DNA of 64,000 nt. Source: Chiloscyllium plagiosum. Taxonomy: Eukaryota. Position 1 is the stretch's first letter. Every line of letters begins with the position of its first letter. Shown in pieces: positions 36,945 to 50,815 of this stretch. A program made the translations under genes and the position numbers. The stretch is from the NCBI RefSeq assembly GCF_004010195.1, contig NC_057750.1, positions 9,620,062 through 9,684,061 of the forward strand, written 5' to 3'. Below the pieces are notes generated by a model, which worked only from the letters and a program-made list of their open reading frames with translations, ran no database searches and was not told where the DNA came from.

Positions 36945-38190
36945 GAGTCATACAACAAGGAAGCAGACCCTTCGGCCCAACCAGTCCATGCCAACCATAA
37001 TGCCAAACTAGACCAGTCCCACCTGCCTGCTCCTGGCCCATATCCCTCCAAACTTTTCCTATTCATGTACTTATCTAAGTGTCTTTTAAATGTTGAAACT
37101 GTACCCACATCCATCACTTCCTCAGGAAGTTCATTCCACATGTGAACCACCCTCTGTGTTAAAAAAAATTGCCCCTCATGTCTTTTTAAAATCTTTCTCC
37201 TCTCACCTTAAAAATATGCCCTCTCGTCTTGAAATCCCCAACCCCTGAGTGAAAATACATCTGCCATTCACCTTATCTATACCCCTCATGATGTTATAAA
37301 CCTCTGTAAGGTCACCGGGAAATAAATGTAGCTGTAAGAACTGCCCCTTTTTATTTTAGGTGTGGGAGGTGATTTCCTCAAATTGCAGGAGCAGCAGTTA
37401 TTGTTTTATTAAGCTGTTCCATTGTTTTGGAACTTTAGGGGAAAAAAAATCAGGATCAGAAGGAGGAAGACAGACAAAAGGTATTTGTACCAGCCTCCAC
37501 CACTTCCTCTGGCAGCTCTTTCCATACACGTACCACCCTCTGTGTGAAAAAGTTGCCCCGTAGGTCTCTTTTATATCTTTCCCCTCTCACCCTAAACCTA
37601 TGCCCTCTAGTTCTGGACTCCGCCACCCCAGGGAAAAGACTTTGTCTATTTATCCTATCCATGCCCCTCAAGATTTTATAATTTGGAGGTGCTGGTGTTG
37701 GATTGGGGTGTACAAAGTTATAGTCCAACAGGTTTATTTGGAAGCACTAGCTTTCATCAGTTGGTTGTGGAGTATACGATTGTAAGGCACAGAATTTATA
37801 GCAAAAGTTTACAGTGCGATGTAACTGAAATTATATGTTGAAAAAGACCCGGATTGTTTGGTAAGTCTCTCATCTTTTAGAATGACCATGTTGATTTCAG
37901 TTCTTTCACATGTAAATCCCAGAACTTTTTAAATTTGACTTTGTAAAATGATTTTATAAACCTCTATAAGGTCACCCCTCAGCCTCCGATGCTCCAGGCA
38001 AAGCAGCCCCAGCCTATTCAGCCTCTCCCCGTAGCTCAAACCCTCCGACCCTGGCAACATCTTTGTAAATCTTTTCTGAACCTTTTCAAGTTTCACAACA
38101 TCTTTTCGATAGGATGGAGACCAGAACTGAACACAATATTCCAAAAGCGGCCTAACCAATGTCCTGTACAGCTGCAACATGACCTCCCTT
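36945..38190 (-). mobile_element. Cluster of CR1 3' fragments; a PLE family B fragment (~37682-37945) splits one copy
   Basis: CR1 RT C-terminal peptides; gattttataa is present on both sides of the insert. Confidence 0.75.
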
Positions 38191-39327
38191 TCAAGTTTCA
38201 CAACATCGGGAGCAAAGGAAATGACAGATTCTTTGAGCAAACATGTTTTGAGCTGTTTGCATGATGGAAAACACAACAAGCATCTGAATAAACACACTAA
38301 ACCCGTACAGTTGGAAATCAGGTGATATTAAGGCATGTCAAACAAAGATAATCACCAGAAAGCACCTGTCTCCAATTCCCCAGGGAAATTAGTAACTCTG
38401 ACAGTGTAAGATGCCCACTAGACCTGATCCTCATATCCCAGGGTCTTAAGGAAAGTGGTTGCAAAAATATTGGTTTCAATCTTCCAAACTTCCTTAGATT
38501 CAGGTAAAATTCCATTGGATTGGCAAACCATCAATACATGGGAGACAGAAAACACAGAACTGCACATCAGGTAAACAAGTAACATCCATTCGAAAAATCC
38601 AGAAATGCATTATTAAAGAAATAGCAACAGGACATCTGGAAATTCATAATATAATCAGGCAGAGTCAATCTGGTTTTGTGGAAGGCTTATTAAGAGCTCC
38701 TTGAGGCGCAGACAGGAACAGACTCTTCAGATGACAATGTGCGAAATGTGATGCCTAATTAAACTAATCGCTTCCTCCTGCCCTTGGTCCATATCCCCCC
38801 ATTCCTTGCATATTCATGTGGGTTCACCTAAAAGTCCCTTAAACACCCCTAACTTATCTGCCACCACCACCACCATCCACTGGCAGCGCGTTCCAGACTC
38901 CTACCACTCTCTGGGTAAAAATACTTACCCCTCACTCCTACCACTCTCTGGGTAAAAATACTTACCCCTCACACCTCCTTTGAGTTTTCCCCCTCTCACC
39001 TTAAATACACACCCCCTGGTATTAGACATTTCAACTCTGGGAAAAACATTCTGACTGTCAATTCTGTGCATCTTATAGTTTTACAGACTTCCATCAAGTC
39101 TCCCCTCAGCCTCCAGAGTAAACAATCTGAGTGTTTCTAACCTCTCCTTATAGCTGATACTCTCTAGTCCTTGTAAACCTCTCTCCAAAACTCCACATCC
39201 TTCCTATCATGTGGCGACCAGAACTGAACGCAATACTCTAAGTGTGGCCTCACCAAAGTCTTATAAAGAGTGGGATAGACAATGGGGAAGCGGTAGATAT
39301 GGTGCATTTGGATTATCAAAAGGGTAT

Positions 39328-39757
39328 TGGCGGCACAATGGCTCAGTGGTTAGCACTGCTGCCTCACAGCACCAGGGTCCTAGGTTTGATTCCAGCCTCG
39401 GGCAATTGTCTGTGTGGAGTTTGCGCATTCTTCCCGTGTCTGCGTGGGTTTCCTCCGGGTGCTCCGGTTTCCTCCCACAGTCACAAAGATGTGCAGGTTA
39501 GGTGAATTGGCCATGCTAAATTACCCATAATCTTAGGTGCATTAGTCAGACGGAAATTGGTCTGGGTGGGTTACTCTTCAGAAGGTTGGTGTGGACTGGT
39601 TGGGCTGAACGGCCTGTTTCCACACTGTAGGGAAATTACCCATAGTCTTAGGTGCATTAGTCAGACGGAAATGGGTCTGGGTGGGTTACTCTTCAGAGGG
39701 TTGGTGTGGACTGGTTGGGCTGAACGGCCTGTTTCCACACTGTAGGGAATCTAATCT
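39328..39757 (+). mobile_element. HE1-type V-SINE with ~115-bp duplicated tail
   Basis: Full SINE; aaattacccata...cacactgtaggg is repeated twice. Confidence 0.85.
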
Positions 39758-40001
39758 TAAATAAGGTGCCATCTGAAAAAAAACCTATCGCATAAAAATG
39801 AAAGGTTTTTGCGTTGGAGAAGACTGGAGGGTGACAGACTAGCATCAGTACAGAATGAAGTAATTAGAGGAAAAGGGGCCGGGGAGATGGTCATTCTCAC
39901 ATTGGCAAGCTGTAACTAGAGGAGTGTCACAGAGGTCACAGAGGTCACTGATGGATCCTGTAGTGTTCACAAACCATATTATTGGCTTGCCCAAGCAAAC
40001 T

Positions 40002-40196
40002 AGGAGAAAGTGAGGACTGCAAATGCTGGAGGTCAAAGTTGAGAGTGTGATGCTGGAAAAGAACAGCAGGTCAGGCAGCATCCGAGGAGCAGGAGAATCG
40101 ACGTTCCTGATGAAGGGCTCTTGCCTGAAACATCGGTTCTCCTGCTCCTCGGATCCTGCCTGACCAGCTGTGCTTTTCCAGCACCACTCTCTCGAC
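40002..40196. mobile_element. PLE family A inverted micro-element (opposite polarity)
   Basis: Contains cctgatgaagggctcttgcctgaaacatc; flanked by cttgccca on both sides. Confidence 0.75.
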
Positions 40197-41454
40197 ACTT
40201 GCCCATAGGGAGTGGCTGTGGTGTAGCCGACGGCGCTGACAATGCTGGAGGAGAAAGGTAGCTGTGAGGAAGAGGGAGGCAGGACGTCTGGTGAGGGATG
40301 AGAAACAGGTTAAGTAAGCGAGCAAACTCTTGGCAAACGGAGCACACTTTGGAAAAAGTTGAGGTTATCCACTTGGACTGAAAGGATGGAAAAATCAGAA
40401 TACCATTGAGTTGAACAGAGACTGCGGTACAGAGGAATCTGGGTGACTTTGTAAGGCATCGCAAAAGGTTAGCAAGCAGTTCCAGAAAATAAGTGCATGG
40501 GGCTTGTTGCTCTTTATTGAAAGGGTGGGAAAGGCTAAAAGTAGAGAAATTATGTTTCAGTTGTCCAGGGCATTGGTGAGAGTGTTATAGATAGTTTTGG
40601 TCTCCTTATCCTAAAGAAGAATCTCACCCATGCGAGTCAGTTTGAAGGAGGTTCTCTAGTCCCTGGGATGAAAGGGTTTTCTTGTGAGGAAGGTTGGACC
40701 TTTATCCATTCGAACCTAGATGGATGTCAGCTGACCTTATTGAAACCTCCAAGATGCTGAAGGAGACTGGCAGGGTAGGTGCTGAGAGGATATTTTCCCT
40801 TATGGAGGAATCTCAGGCTAATGGTCATCCAGTGAAAATGGATGAGAAGCAAGATCTTCTGTCAGTGGGTTGTTTAATGTTTAAGTTCTCATCCACAGCG
40901 CGCTGAGGGGGCGGAACTCCTGCTCAAGGTTAGGACGGATTTATTCATGGCCTACAGAGGGGTCAAAGGTTATCAGGGCAGCAGAGTGGAAAGGGCATCT
41001 GTGACCATGATCAGACTGAATAGCAGAGTAGCTCCAATGGGCCAAATGGCCCACTCCTCTTCCCATTGTGTTCTACACTGTCCCATCATGGCTGTCCCTC
41101 TGTGACATTCCTTGACTTCCTACCCCTGATGTCTCCTGGAGAGGGTCAGGTCACATGCATGGGTAAGGCACATTAGGGTAAACAGTAGCCCTGACTGCTA
41201 TTGACATGAACTGGATTTGAGCCCAGGACCCACAATGCATCTGTGATAAAGTGGCATCCTATGACCAACGCCCTGGGAGCTGTCAGTAAACATGAAGCCA
41301 CCCCAAAAGGTTGTATCAAAAGAAAAAGTGGAAGGGAGCAAGAGAGGAATGGGAGGGAGGTAGGGTTGGGTGGATGGAAGGGATGGGAGGGAGGGATGAA
41401 GGGAGGTAGGGATGAGAGGATAGGAGGGATGAGAGGGAGGTAGGGATGGGAGAG

Positions 41455-44400
41455 TACTACCAGGGATCGGTGGGTTACTACCGGGGATCGGTGGGTTACT
41501 ACCAGGGATCGGTGGGTTACTACCGGGGATCGGTGGGTTACTACCAGGGATCGGTGGGTTACTACCGGGGATCGGTGGGTTACTACCAGGGATCGGTGGG
41601 TTACTACCGGGGATCGGTGGGTTACTACCAGGGATCGGTGGGTTACTACCGGGGATCGGTGGGTTACTACCAGGGATCGGTGGGTTACTACCGGGGATCG
41701 GTGGGTTACTACCAGGGATCGGTGGGTTACTACCGGGGATCGGTGGGTTACTACCAGGGATCGGTGGGTTACTACCGGGGATCGGTGGGTTACTACCAGG
41801 GATCGGTGGGTTACTACCGGGGATCGGTGGGTTACTACCAGGGATCGGTGGGTTACTACCGGGGATCGGTGGGTTACTACCAGGGATCGGTGGGTTACTA
41901 CCGGGGATCGGTGGGTTACTACCAGGGATCGGTGGGTTACTACCGGGGATCGGTGGGTTACTACCAGGGATCGGTGGGTTACTACCGGGGATCGGTGGGT
42001 TACTACCAGGGATCGGTGGGTTACTACCGGGGATCGGTGGGTTACTACCAGGGATCGGTGGGTTACTACCGGGGATCGGTGGGTTACTACCAGGGATCGG
42101 TGGGTTACTACCGGGGATCGGTGGGTTACTACCAGGGATCGGTGGGTTACTACCGGGGATCGGTGGGTTACTACCAGGGATCGGTGGGTTACTACCGGGG
42201 ATCGGTGGGTTACTACCAGGGATCGGTGGGTTACTACCGGGGATCGGTGGGTTACTACCAGGGATCGGTGGGTTACTACCGGGGATCGGTGGGTTACTAC
42301 CAGGGATCGGTGGGTTACTACCGGGGATCGGTGGGTTACTACCAGGGATCGGTGGGTTACTACCGGGGATCGGTGGGTTACTACCAGGGATCGGTGGGTT
42401 ACTACCGGGGATCGGTGGGTTACTACCAGGGATCGGTGGGTTACTACCGGGGATCGGTGGGTTACTACCAGGGATCGGTGGGTTACTACCGGGGATCGGT
42501 GGGTTACTACCAGGGATCGGTGGGTTACTACCGGGGATCGGTGGGTTACTACCAGGGATCGGTGGGTTACTACCGGGGATCGGTGGGTTACTACCAGGGA
42601 TCGGTGGGTTACTACCGGGGATCGGTGGGTTACTACCAGGGATCGGTGGGTTACTACCGGGGATCGGTGGGTTACTACCAGGGATCGGTGGGTTACTACC
42701 GGGGATCGGTGGGTTACTACCAGGGATCGGTGGGTTACTACCGGGGATCGGTGGGTTACTACCAGGGATCGGTGGGTTACTACCGGGGATCGGTGGGTTA
42801 CTACCAGGGATCGGTGGGTTACTACCGGGGATCGGTGGGTTACTACCAGGGATCGGTGGGTTACTACCGGGGATCGGTGGGTTACTACCAGGGATCGGTG
42901 GGTTACTACCGGGGATCGGTGGGTTACTACCAGGGATCGGTGGGTTACTACCGGGGATCGGTGGGTTACTACCAGGGATCGGTGGGTTACTACCGGGGAT
43001 CGGTGGGTTACTACCAGGGATCGGTGGGTTACTACCGGGGATCGGTGGGTTACTACCAGGGATCGGTGGGTTACTACCGGGGATCGGTGGGTTACTACCA
43101 GGGATCGGTGGGTTACTACCGGGGATCGGTGGGTTACTACCAGGGATCGGTGGGTTACTACCGGGGATCGGTGGGTTACTACCAGGGATCGGTGGGTTAC
43201 TACCGGGGATCGGTGGGTTACTACCAGGGATCGGTGGGTTACTACCGGGGATCGGTGGGTTACTACCAGGGATCGGTGGGTTACTACCGGGGATCGGTGG
43301 GTTACTACCAGGGATCGGTGGGTTACTACCGGGGATCGGTGGGTTACTACCAGGGATCGGTGGGTTACTACCGGGGATCGGTGGGTTACTACCAGGGATC
43401 GGTGGGTTACTACCGGGGATCGGTGGGTTACTACCAGGGATCGGTGGGTTACTACCGGGGATCGGTGGGTTACTACCAGGGATCGGTGGGTTACTACCGG
43501 GGATCGGTGGGTTACTACCAGGGATCGGTGGGTTACTACCGGGGATCGGTGGGTTACTACCAGGGATCGGTGGGTTACTACCGGGGATCGGTGGGTTACT
43601 ACCAGGGATCGGTGGGTTACTACCGGGGATCGGTGGGTTACTACCAGGGATCGGTGGGTTACTACCGGGGATCGGTGGGTTACTACCAGGGATCGGTGGG
43701 TTACTACCGGGGATCGGTGGGTTACTACCAGGGATCGGTGGGTTACTACCGGGGATCGGTGGGTTACTACCAGGGATCGGTGGGTTACTACCGGGGATCG
43801 GTGGGTTACTACCAGGGATCGGTGGGTTACTACCGGGGATCGGTGGGTTACTACCAGGGATCGGTGGGTTACTACCGGGGATCGGTGGGTTACTACCAGG
43901 GATCGGTGGGTTACTACCGGGGATCGGTGGGTTACTACCAGGGATCGGTGGGTTACTACCGGGGATCGGTGGGTTACTACCAGGGATCGGTGGGTTACTA
44001 CCGGGGATCGGTGGGTTACTACCAGGGATCGGTGGGTTACTACCGGGGATCGGTGGGTTACTACCAGGGATCGGTGGGTTACTACCGGGGATCGGTGGGT
44101 TACTACCAGGGATCGGTGGGTTACTACCGGGGATCGGTGGGTTACTACCAGGGATCGGTGGGTTACTACCGGGGATCGGTGGGTTACTACCAGGGATCGG
44201 TGGGTTACTACCGGGGATCGGTGGGTTACTACCAGGGATCGGTGGGTTACTACCGGGGATCGGTGGGTTACTACCAGGGATCGGTGGGTTACTACCGGGG
44301 ATCGGTGGGTTACTACCAGGGATCGGTGGGTTACTACCGGGGATCGGTGGGTTACTACCAGGGATCGGTGGGTTACTACCGGGGATCGGTGGGTTACTAC

Positions 44401-46146
44401 CAGGGATCGGTGGGTTACTACCGGGGATCGGTGGGTTACTACCAGGGATCGGTGGGTTACTACCGGGGATCGGTGGGTTACTACCAGGGATCGGTGGGTT
44501 ACTACCGGGGATCGGTGGGTTACTACCAGGGATCGGTGGGTTACTACCGGGGATCGGTGGGTTACTACCAGGGATCGGTGGGTTACTACCGGGGATCGGT
44601 GGGTTACTACCAGGGATCGGTGGGTTACTACCGGGGATCGGTGGGTTACTACCAGGGATCGGTGGGTTACTACCGGGGATCGGTGGGTTACTACCAGGGA
44701 TCGGTGGGTTACTACCGGGGATCGGTGGGTTACTACCAGGGATCGGTGGGTTACTACCGGGGATCGGTGGGTTACTACCAGGGATCGGTGGGTTACTACC
44801 GGGGATCGGTGGGTTACTACCAGGGATCGGTGGGTTACTACCGGGGATCGGTGGGTTACTACCAGGGATCGGTGGGTTACTACCGGGGATCGGTGGGTTA
44901 CTACCAGGGATCGGTGGGTTACTACCGGGGATCGGTGGGTTACTACCAGGGATCGGTGGGTTACTACCGGGGATCGGTGGGTTACTACCAGGGATCGGTG
45001 GGTTACTACCGGGGATCGGTGGGTTACTACCAGGGATTGGTGGGTTACTACTGGGGATCGGTGGGTTACTACCGGGGATCGGTGGGTTACTACCAGGGAT
45101 CGGTGGGTTACTACCGGGGATCGGTGGGTTACTACCAGGGATCGGTGGGTTACTACTGCTGAGCAGTGGGTTACTACTGGGGATCGGTGGGTTACTACCG
45201 GGGATCGGTGGGTTACTACTGGGGATCAGTGGGTTACTACCGGGGATCAGTGGGTTACTACCGGGGATCGGTGGGTTACTACTGGGGATCGGTGGGTNNN
45301 NNNNNNNNNNNNNNNNNNNNNNNNNNNNNNNNNNNNNNNNNNNNNACTGGGGATCAGTGGGTTACTACTGGTGAGCAGTGGGTTACTACTGGGGATCAGT
45401 GGGTTACTACCGGGGATCGGTGGGTTACTACCGGGGATCGGTGGGTTACTACCGAGGATCAGTGGGTTACTACTGTTGAGCAGTGGGTTACTACTGGTGA
45501 GCAGTGGGTTACTACCGGGGATCAGTGGGTTACTACCAGGAATCGGTGGGTTACTACTGGGGATCGGTGGGTTACTACTGGTGAGCAGTGGGTTACTACT
45601 GGGGATCAGTGGGTCACTACCGGGGATCAGTGGGTCACTACCAGGAATCGGTGGGTTACTACTGGGGATCAGTGGGTTACTACTGGTGAGCAATGGGTTA
45701 CTACTGGGGATCAGTGGGTCACTACCGGGGATCAGTGGGTCACTACCGGGGATCGGTGGGTCACTACCGGGGATCAGTGGGTTACTACTGGGGATCGGTG
45801 GGTCACTACCGGGAATCAGTGGGTCACTACCGGGGATCAGTGGGTTACTACTGGGGATCAGTGGGTTACTACTGGTGAGCAGTGGGTTACTACTGGGGAT
45901 CGGTGGGTCACTACCGGGAATCAGTGGGTCACTACCGGGGATCGGTGGGTTACTACTGGGGATCAGTGGGTTACTACTGGGGATCAGTGGGTTACTACCG
46001 GGGATCGGTGGGTTACTACTGATGAGCGGTGGGTTACTACTGGGGATCAGTGGGTCACTACCGGGGATCGGTGGGTCACTACCGGGGATCAGCGGGTCAC
46101 TACCGGGGATCAGCCGGTCACTACCGGGGATCGGTGGGTTACTACT
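41455..46146. repeat. G-rich 21-bp tandem array with 42-bp dimer periodicity
   Basis: Unit cc(a/g)gggatcggtgggttacta strictly alternates A/G to about 45035, then diverges; 48-N gap at 45298-45345. Confidence 0.98.
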
Positions 46147-47513
46147 CTCCACCCCATTCAGTGACTCCTTGCCCCCACCCCACAACCCCAGCCATCCTCA
46201 CACTGTCCGTATCTCACCCATGAGGAACTGTCAATTGACCAAATCCAGGCAATAGTCAAGAGGGGAGCAAGGAAAACTGGAGTGACGTGGGAGTGTAATC
46301 TGGGAGTGAAAAATGGGATCCATAACAATCCGAATTACCTTCCCAGTCCCAGCAATAGTCAGGAATGAAGATCCACTGGCTCTTGGTTCATTAGCAGCCA
46401 TTCGTGCGACCTTACTCACTCGAAGCTTTTGGATGTTAAAAGTCTGGTGTGTAAAATAATAAATGTTTCTCTCTGTTGGACCTAGTGCGTCTGTTTGATT
46501 TGTCCCCACACAGTCTCGATCAGATCAATCCTGCGTCTCTCTTGACACAATGATGGCCAAAACACTAATCCCCACCTCACTCAGTCGCCTGAGAATCTCG
46601 ACAGTGTGGAAGGAGGCCATTTGACCCATTGAGTGCACACTTACCCTCTGACCAGCATCCCACCCAGACCCCAATCTATCCCTGCATTTATCATGGCTAA
46701 CCCATCAAGCCGACACATCCTTGGACAATTTGGGATGGCCAATTAATTTAACTCACCATGGCTCAGTGCTTAGCACTGCTGCCTCACGGCGCCAGAGACC
46801 CAGGTTCGATTCCACCCTCGGGCAACTGTCTGTCTGTGTGGAGTTTGCACATTCTCCCCGTGTCTGTGTGGGTTTGCTCCGGTTTCCTCCCACAGCAGTG
46901 CTAACCACTGAGCCACGGCGAGTTCAATTAATTGGCCATGCCAAATTGCCCAGCAACGTCTAAAGATGTGCAGGTTAGGGTGAATTGGCCATGGGAAATG
47001 CAGGGCTATAGGCTCAAAGGCCTCAACCATACTCTGAGTATGGCAAGCCAAAGCAGCCAGGCCAACTTCAAAACACTGTTCTGAGTGGTGAGGCCCCAAC
47101 ATAGTCAGCAATGGGAGTGGGTGGTATCAGTTCATCGAGACTCTATGGGTAGGAATTCTGGTCACTAATGTATTTAAATACCGGCATCTTTTCTGTGTGA
47201 TAGCAAGTATTTGTGACTCTAATAGTGGTAATCTGATTAATAGTGTATTTTAAAGTACTACTGTTTCCTGTACCTGTATTTCAATTGTGTCAATTTTCTT
47301 GAATTATCAAATTACCTCCTTCTTCTATTATTGTTCCCTTTTTGTATCTAAATAAATGCAGAGATTATTTTGCCCCTAAACCTCTGTCTACTTTCTCTAC
47401 ATTACATCCAAATTGATAAGTCCAACAACCATTGCCAGAGGCTGGGAGCAATTCAAACCGCTTGAAGGTCAGAAATATATCTGATTGCAAACCAAACTCT
47501 GACGTGACTCACC

Positions 47514-48278
47514 AAGTTAAAAATCACACAACACCAGGTTACAGTCTCAACAGGTTTATTTGGAAGCACTCGCTTTCAGAGCGCTGCTCCTTCATCAGGT
47601 GGTTCTGGGAGAGGGTCATAAGATGGTGTCACGGTGGCTCAGTGGTTAGCACTGCTGCCTCACAGCGCCAGGGTCCCAGGTTTGATTCCAGCCTCGGGCA
47701 GGCTGTCTGTGTGGAGTTTGCACGTTCTCCCTGTGTCGGCGTGGGTTTCCTCCGGGTGCTCCGGTTTCCTCTCACAGTCCACAGATGTCCAGGTTAGGTG
47801 AATTGGCCATGCTAAATTGTACATAGTGCTAGGTACATTAGTCAGAGGGTAATGGGTCTGGGTGGGTTACTCTTCAGAGGGTCGGTGTGGACTGGTTGGG
47901 CCGCATGGCCTGTTTCCACACTGTAGGGAGTCTAATTTAAGACGCAGAATTTATAGCAAAAAATCACAGTGTCACGCAACTGAAATGATATATTGAGCAA
48001 ACCTAGGTTGTTGTTAAGTTTTTCATCTTTTAGAATGGGTTGCAGGTTTCGGTTCATTAATATGTAAATCCCAGAACTTCTTTCAAATCACATTCTCGAG
48101 AAAACTTAAGGTTTTATTAAAAAAACGTGACATCTCAGCTCAGTTGAGTTGAAGGAGCTGATGAAGGAGCAGTGCTCCGAAAGCTAGTGCTTCCAAATAA
48201 ACCTGTTGGACTATAACCTGGTGTTGTGTGATTTTTAACTTAGCCCACCCCAGTCCAACACCGGCTCTTCCACATCAT
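47514..48278. mobile_element. PLE family B element with inverted termini, containing HE1 SINE (47622-47937)
   Basis: Arms 47514-47600 and 48158-48240 are inverted; plus-strand core CTGATGA-A-GGAG-cagtg-CTCC-GAAA-GCTA at 48158-48186. Confidence 0.8.
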
Positions 48279-49461
48279 AACCTACCAAAACCTTTTTTTG
48301 AGTGCCCTCCAAATCTTACTGTCTAGGGCAGCGAATACATGGGTACACCACCCCCTTGCAAGTTCCCCTCTGAGCCCTTCACCATCCTGACTTAGATATA
48401 TATCGCCGTCTCTTCAGTATCGCTGGGTCCAAATTCTGGAACTCCCTCCCCGACAGCACTCTGCAGGTATCTGTGCACCACATAGACCACAGCTGTACAA
48501 GAAGGCACTTTGTCATGTGCTGAGGAGTGGCAGATGGAGTTTAATTTCGATATATGTGAGGCCCTGCATTTTGGAAAGGCAAATCAGGGCAGGAATTTTA
48601 CACCTAATGGTAAGGTCCTGGGGAGTGTTATGAACAAAGGGACCTTGGAGTGCAGGTTCATAGTTCCTTGAAAGTAGAGTCGCAGGAAGATAGGATAGTG
48701 ACAGGGCAATTAGGAATTGGTCATAAATATTGACCTGATCAGCGATGCCAAGCAAAACATTCCCCTGAGTCCGTGGACAGGCTTTGAGGGGTTATAATTG
48801 AGCACACAGGAGCAGTTTCAGAACTTTATAGCTCCAAACACACACAAAATATAAGATTGGGATCTGTCTTGTCATTTTCTCCCTGGGCAACCGTTGCCCC
48901 AATCAGTTGCTTAATTGTCACGGATCATGATAGCAGAATGGCGGCAATTTCACATCAATGGTAGTGCCATGGTGAAGGAATATAGTGAGGGTGACCTTTT
49001 TAACTCGTGAGCAAAATGTTTGCAACACTCTTCACAGAGATTTACACCTCTTTAAAAGTCCTTGCAATTCATCACGTTTATTTGGAAAGGGTTGGTTAAA
49101 CACAAGTATGGCAACACTTCCCCTTCCCAGAGTCTGTTTAAGTTTTTGATGTGCAGACAAGCACATAATCATTTAAGTAGGATCAGTGAGTGACAGTTAC
49201 AAGTAAATCTTCGCTCCCCACTTGTGCGTCAAGTTTAAACAGTGTTCTGAATTCACTCCGACTCGAGGGAAAGGCAACTTCCAGCACATTGAAACTCTAG
49301 GTATCCTCTGTGTTGAGCTCACTGAAACAGCACCGAGCACCCCAGAAACAGCTGAGGCTCTGATCTCTGAGTCACAGGGTTCTAGATTCAAACCTCGCTT
49401 CGCCATGCTGTGGATCAGACATTACACCCAAGCCGTGACTGACAACTCCTGGGTCACTCGT

Positions 49462-50260
49462 CATGGAGTCACAGAGCTGTACAGCACGGAAACAAGACCC
49501 TTCGGTCCAACTCGTCCGTGCCGACCAGATATCCGAAATTAATCTCGTCCCATTTGGCCCATACCCTTCCAAACCCTTCCTATTCATGTACCCATCCAGA
49601 GGCCTTTTAAATGTTGTAATTGTACCAGCCTCCACCACTTCCTCTGGCAGCTCACGCACCACCCTCTGCGTGTAAAAGTTGCCCCTCAGGTCCCTTTTAT
49701 ATCTTTCCCCTCTGACCCTAAACCTATGCCCTCTAGTTTTGGACTCCCCCTTCCTGGGAAAAAGACCTTGTCTATTTATCCTATCCATGCCCCTCATGAT
49801 TTCATTAACCTCTATAAGGTCACCCCTCAGCCTCTGCGCTCCAGGGAAAACAGACCCAGTCTATTCAGCCTCTCCCTGTAGCTCAAATCCTCCAAAACCT
49901 GCAACATCCTTGTAAATCTTTTCTGAACCCTTTCAAGTTTCACAACATCTTTCCAATAGGATGGAGACCAGAACTGGATACACTATTCCAAAAGTGGCCC
50001 GACCAATATCCTGGACAGGCGCAACATGACCTCCCAATTCCTGTACTCAATACTCTGACCAATAAAGGAAAGCATACCAAACGCTTCTTCACTATCCTAT
50101 CTTCCTGCGACTCCACTTTCAAGGAACTATGAACCTGCACTCCAAGGTCTCTTTGTTCAGGACTTTGCCATTAAGTGTAAAATTCCTGCCCTGATTTGCC
50201 TTTCCAAAATGCAGGGCCTCACATATATCTAAATTAAACTCCATCTGCCACTCCTTAGTT
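49462..50260 (-). mobile_element. CR1 3' fragment (~800 bp) inserted into a DeuSINE-like relic
   Basis: RT C-terminus from EWQMEFN to the 3' tail; SINE-like sequence continues on both sides. Confidence 0.85.
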
Positions 50261-50601
50261 CATGACAAAGAGCAAGGGAATTAACCTGGCCAATATTTAT
50301 TCTTCAATCAGTATCACAAAGCCAAAGTGAGCTTGCACCAACTCTGGAATAGTTCAAATGTCTACAAGGTCAGGTCAGAGGCTGGAAACACTGCTGTGAT
50401 TAACTCCCCAAAACTTGTCCACCATCTACAAGGCACAAGTCAGGAGTGTGAGGGAATAGTCCCCATTTGCCCTGGATGGGGGCAGCTCCAACAACATTCA
50501 AGAAGCTCAACACATTCCAGGGCAAAGCAGCCCCCGCTTGATTGGCACCACATCCACAAGCATCCCCTCTCTCCACCAGTGACGCTCAACAGCAGCATTG
50601 T

Positions 50602-50815
50602 TGCGAGTGTGCTGCTGGAAAAGCGCAGCAGGTCAGGCAGCATCCAAGGAGCAGGAGAATCGACGTTTTGGGCATAAGTCCTTCATCAGGAATGAGGCTT
50701 GTGCCTGAAGCGCCAATTCTCCTGCTCCTCAGACGCTGCCTGACCTGCTGTGTTTTTCCAGCACCACACTCTCGACTCTGATCTCCAGCATCTGCAGAGT
50801 CCTCACTTTCTCCAC
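50602..50815. mobile_element. PLE family A inverted micro-element
   Basis: Inverted arms; flanks aacagcagcatt/aatagcagcatt. Confidence 0.8.

Noticed and set aside
41446..45162. 1238-aa Gly/Tyr-rich ORF as a structural (egg-case or keratin-associated-like) protein
   Set aside because: The 21-bp unit has no stop in any plus frame, so openness is automatic. There is no signal peptide or unique domain, no synonymous variation, and a stop appears once the units diverge.
41455..46146. Telomere or CRISPR array
   Set aside because: GGGTTA occurs once per 21-mer, not as (TTAGGG)n; there are no unique spacers; the context is eukaryotic
46204..46510. Possible solo LTR next to the 21-bp array (TGT start, AATAAA, CA end)
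   Set aside because: No convincing TSD and no second copy in the window
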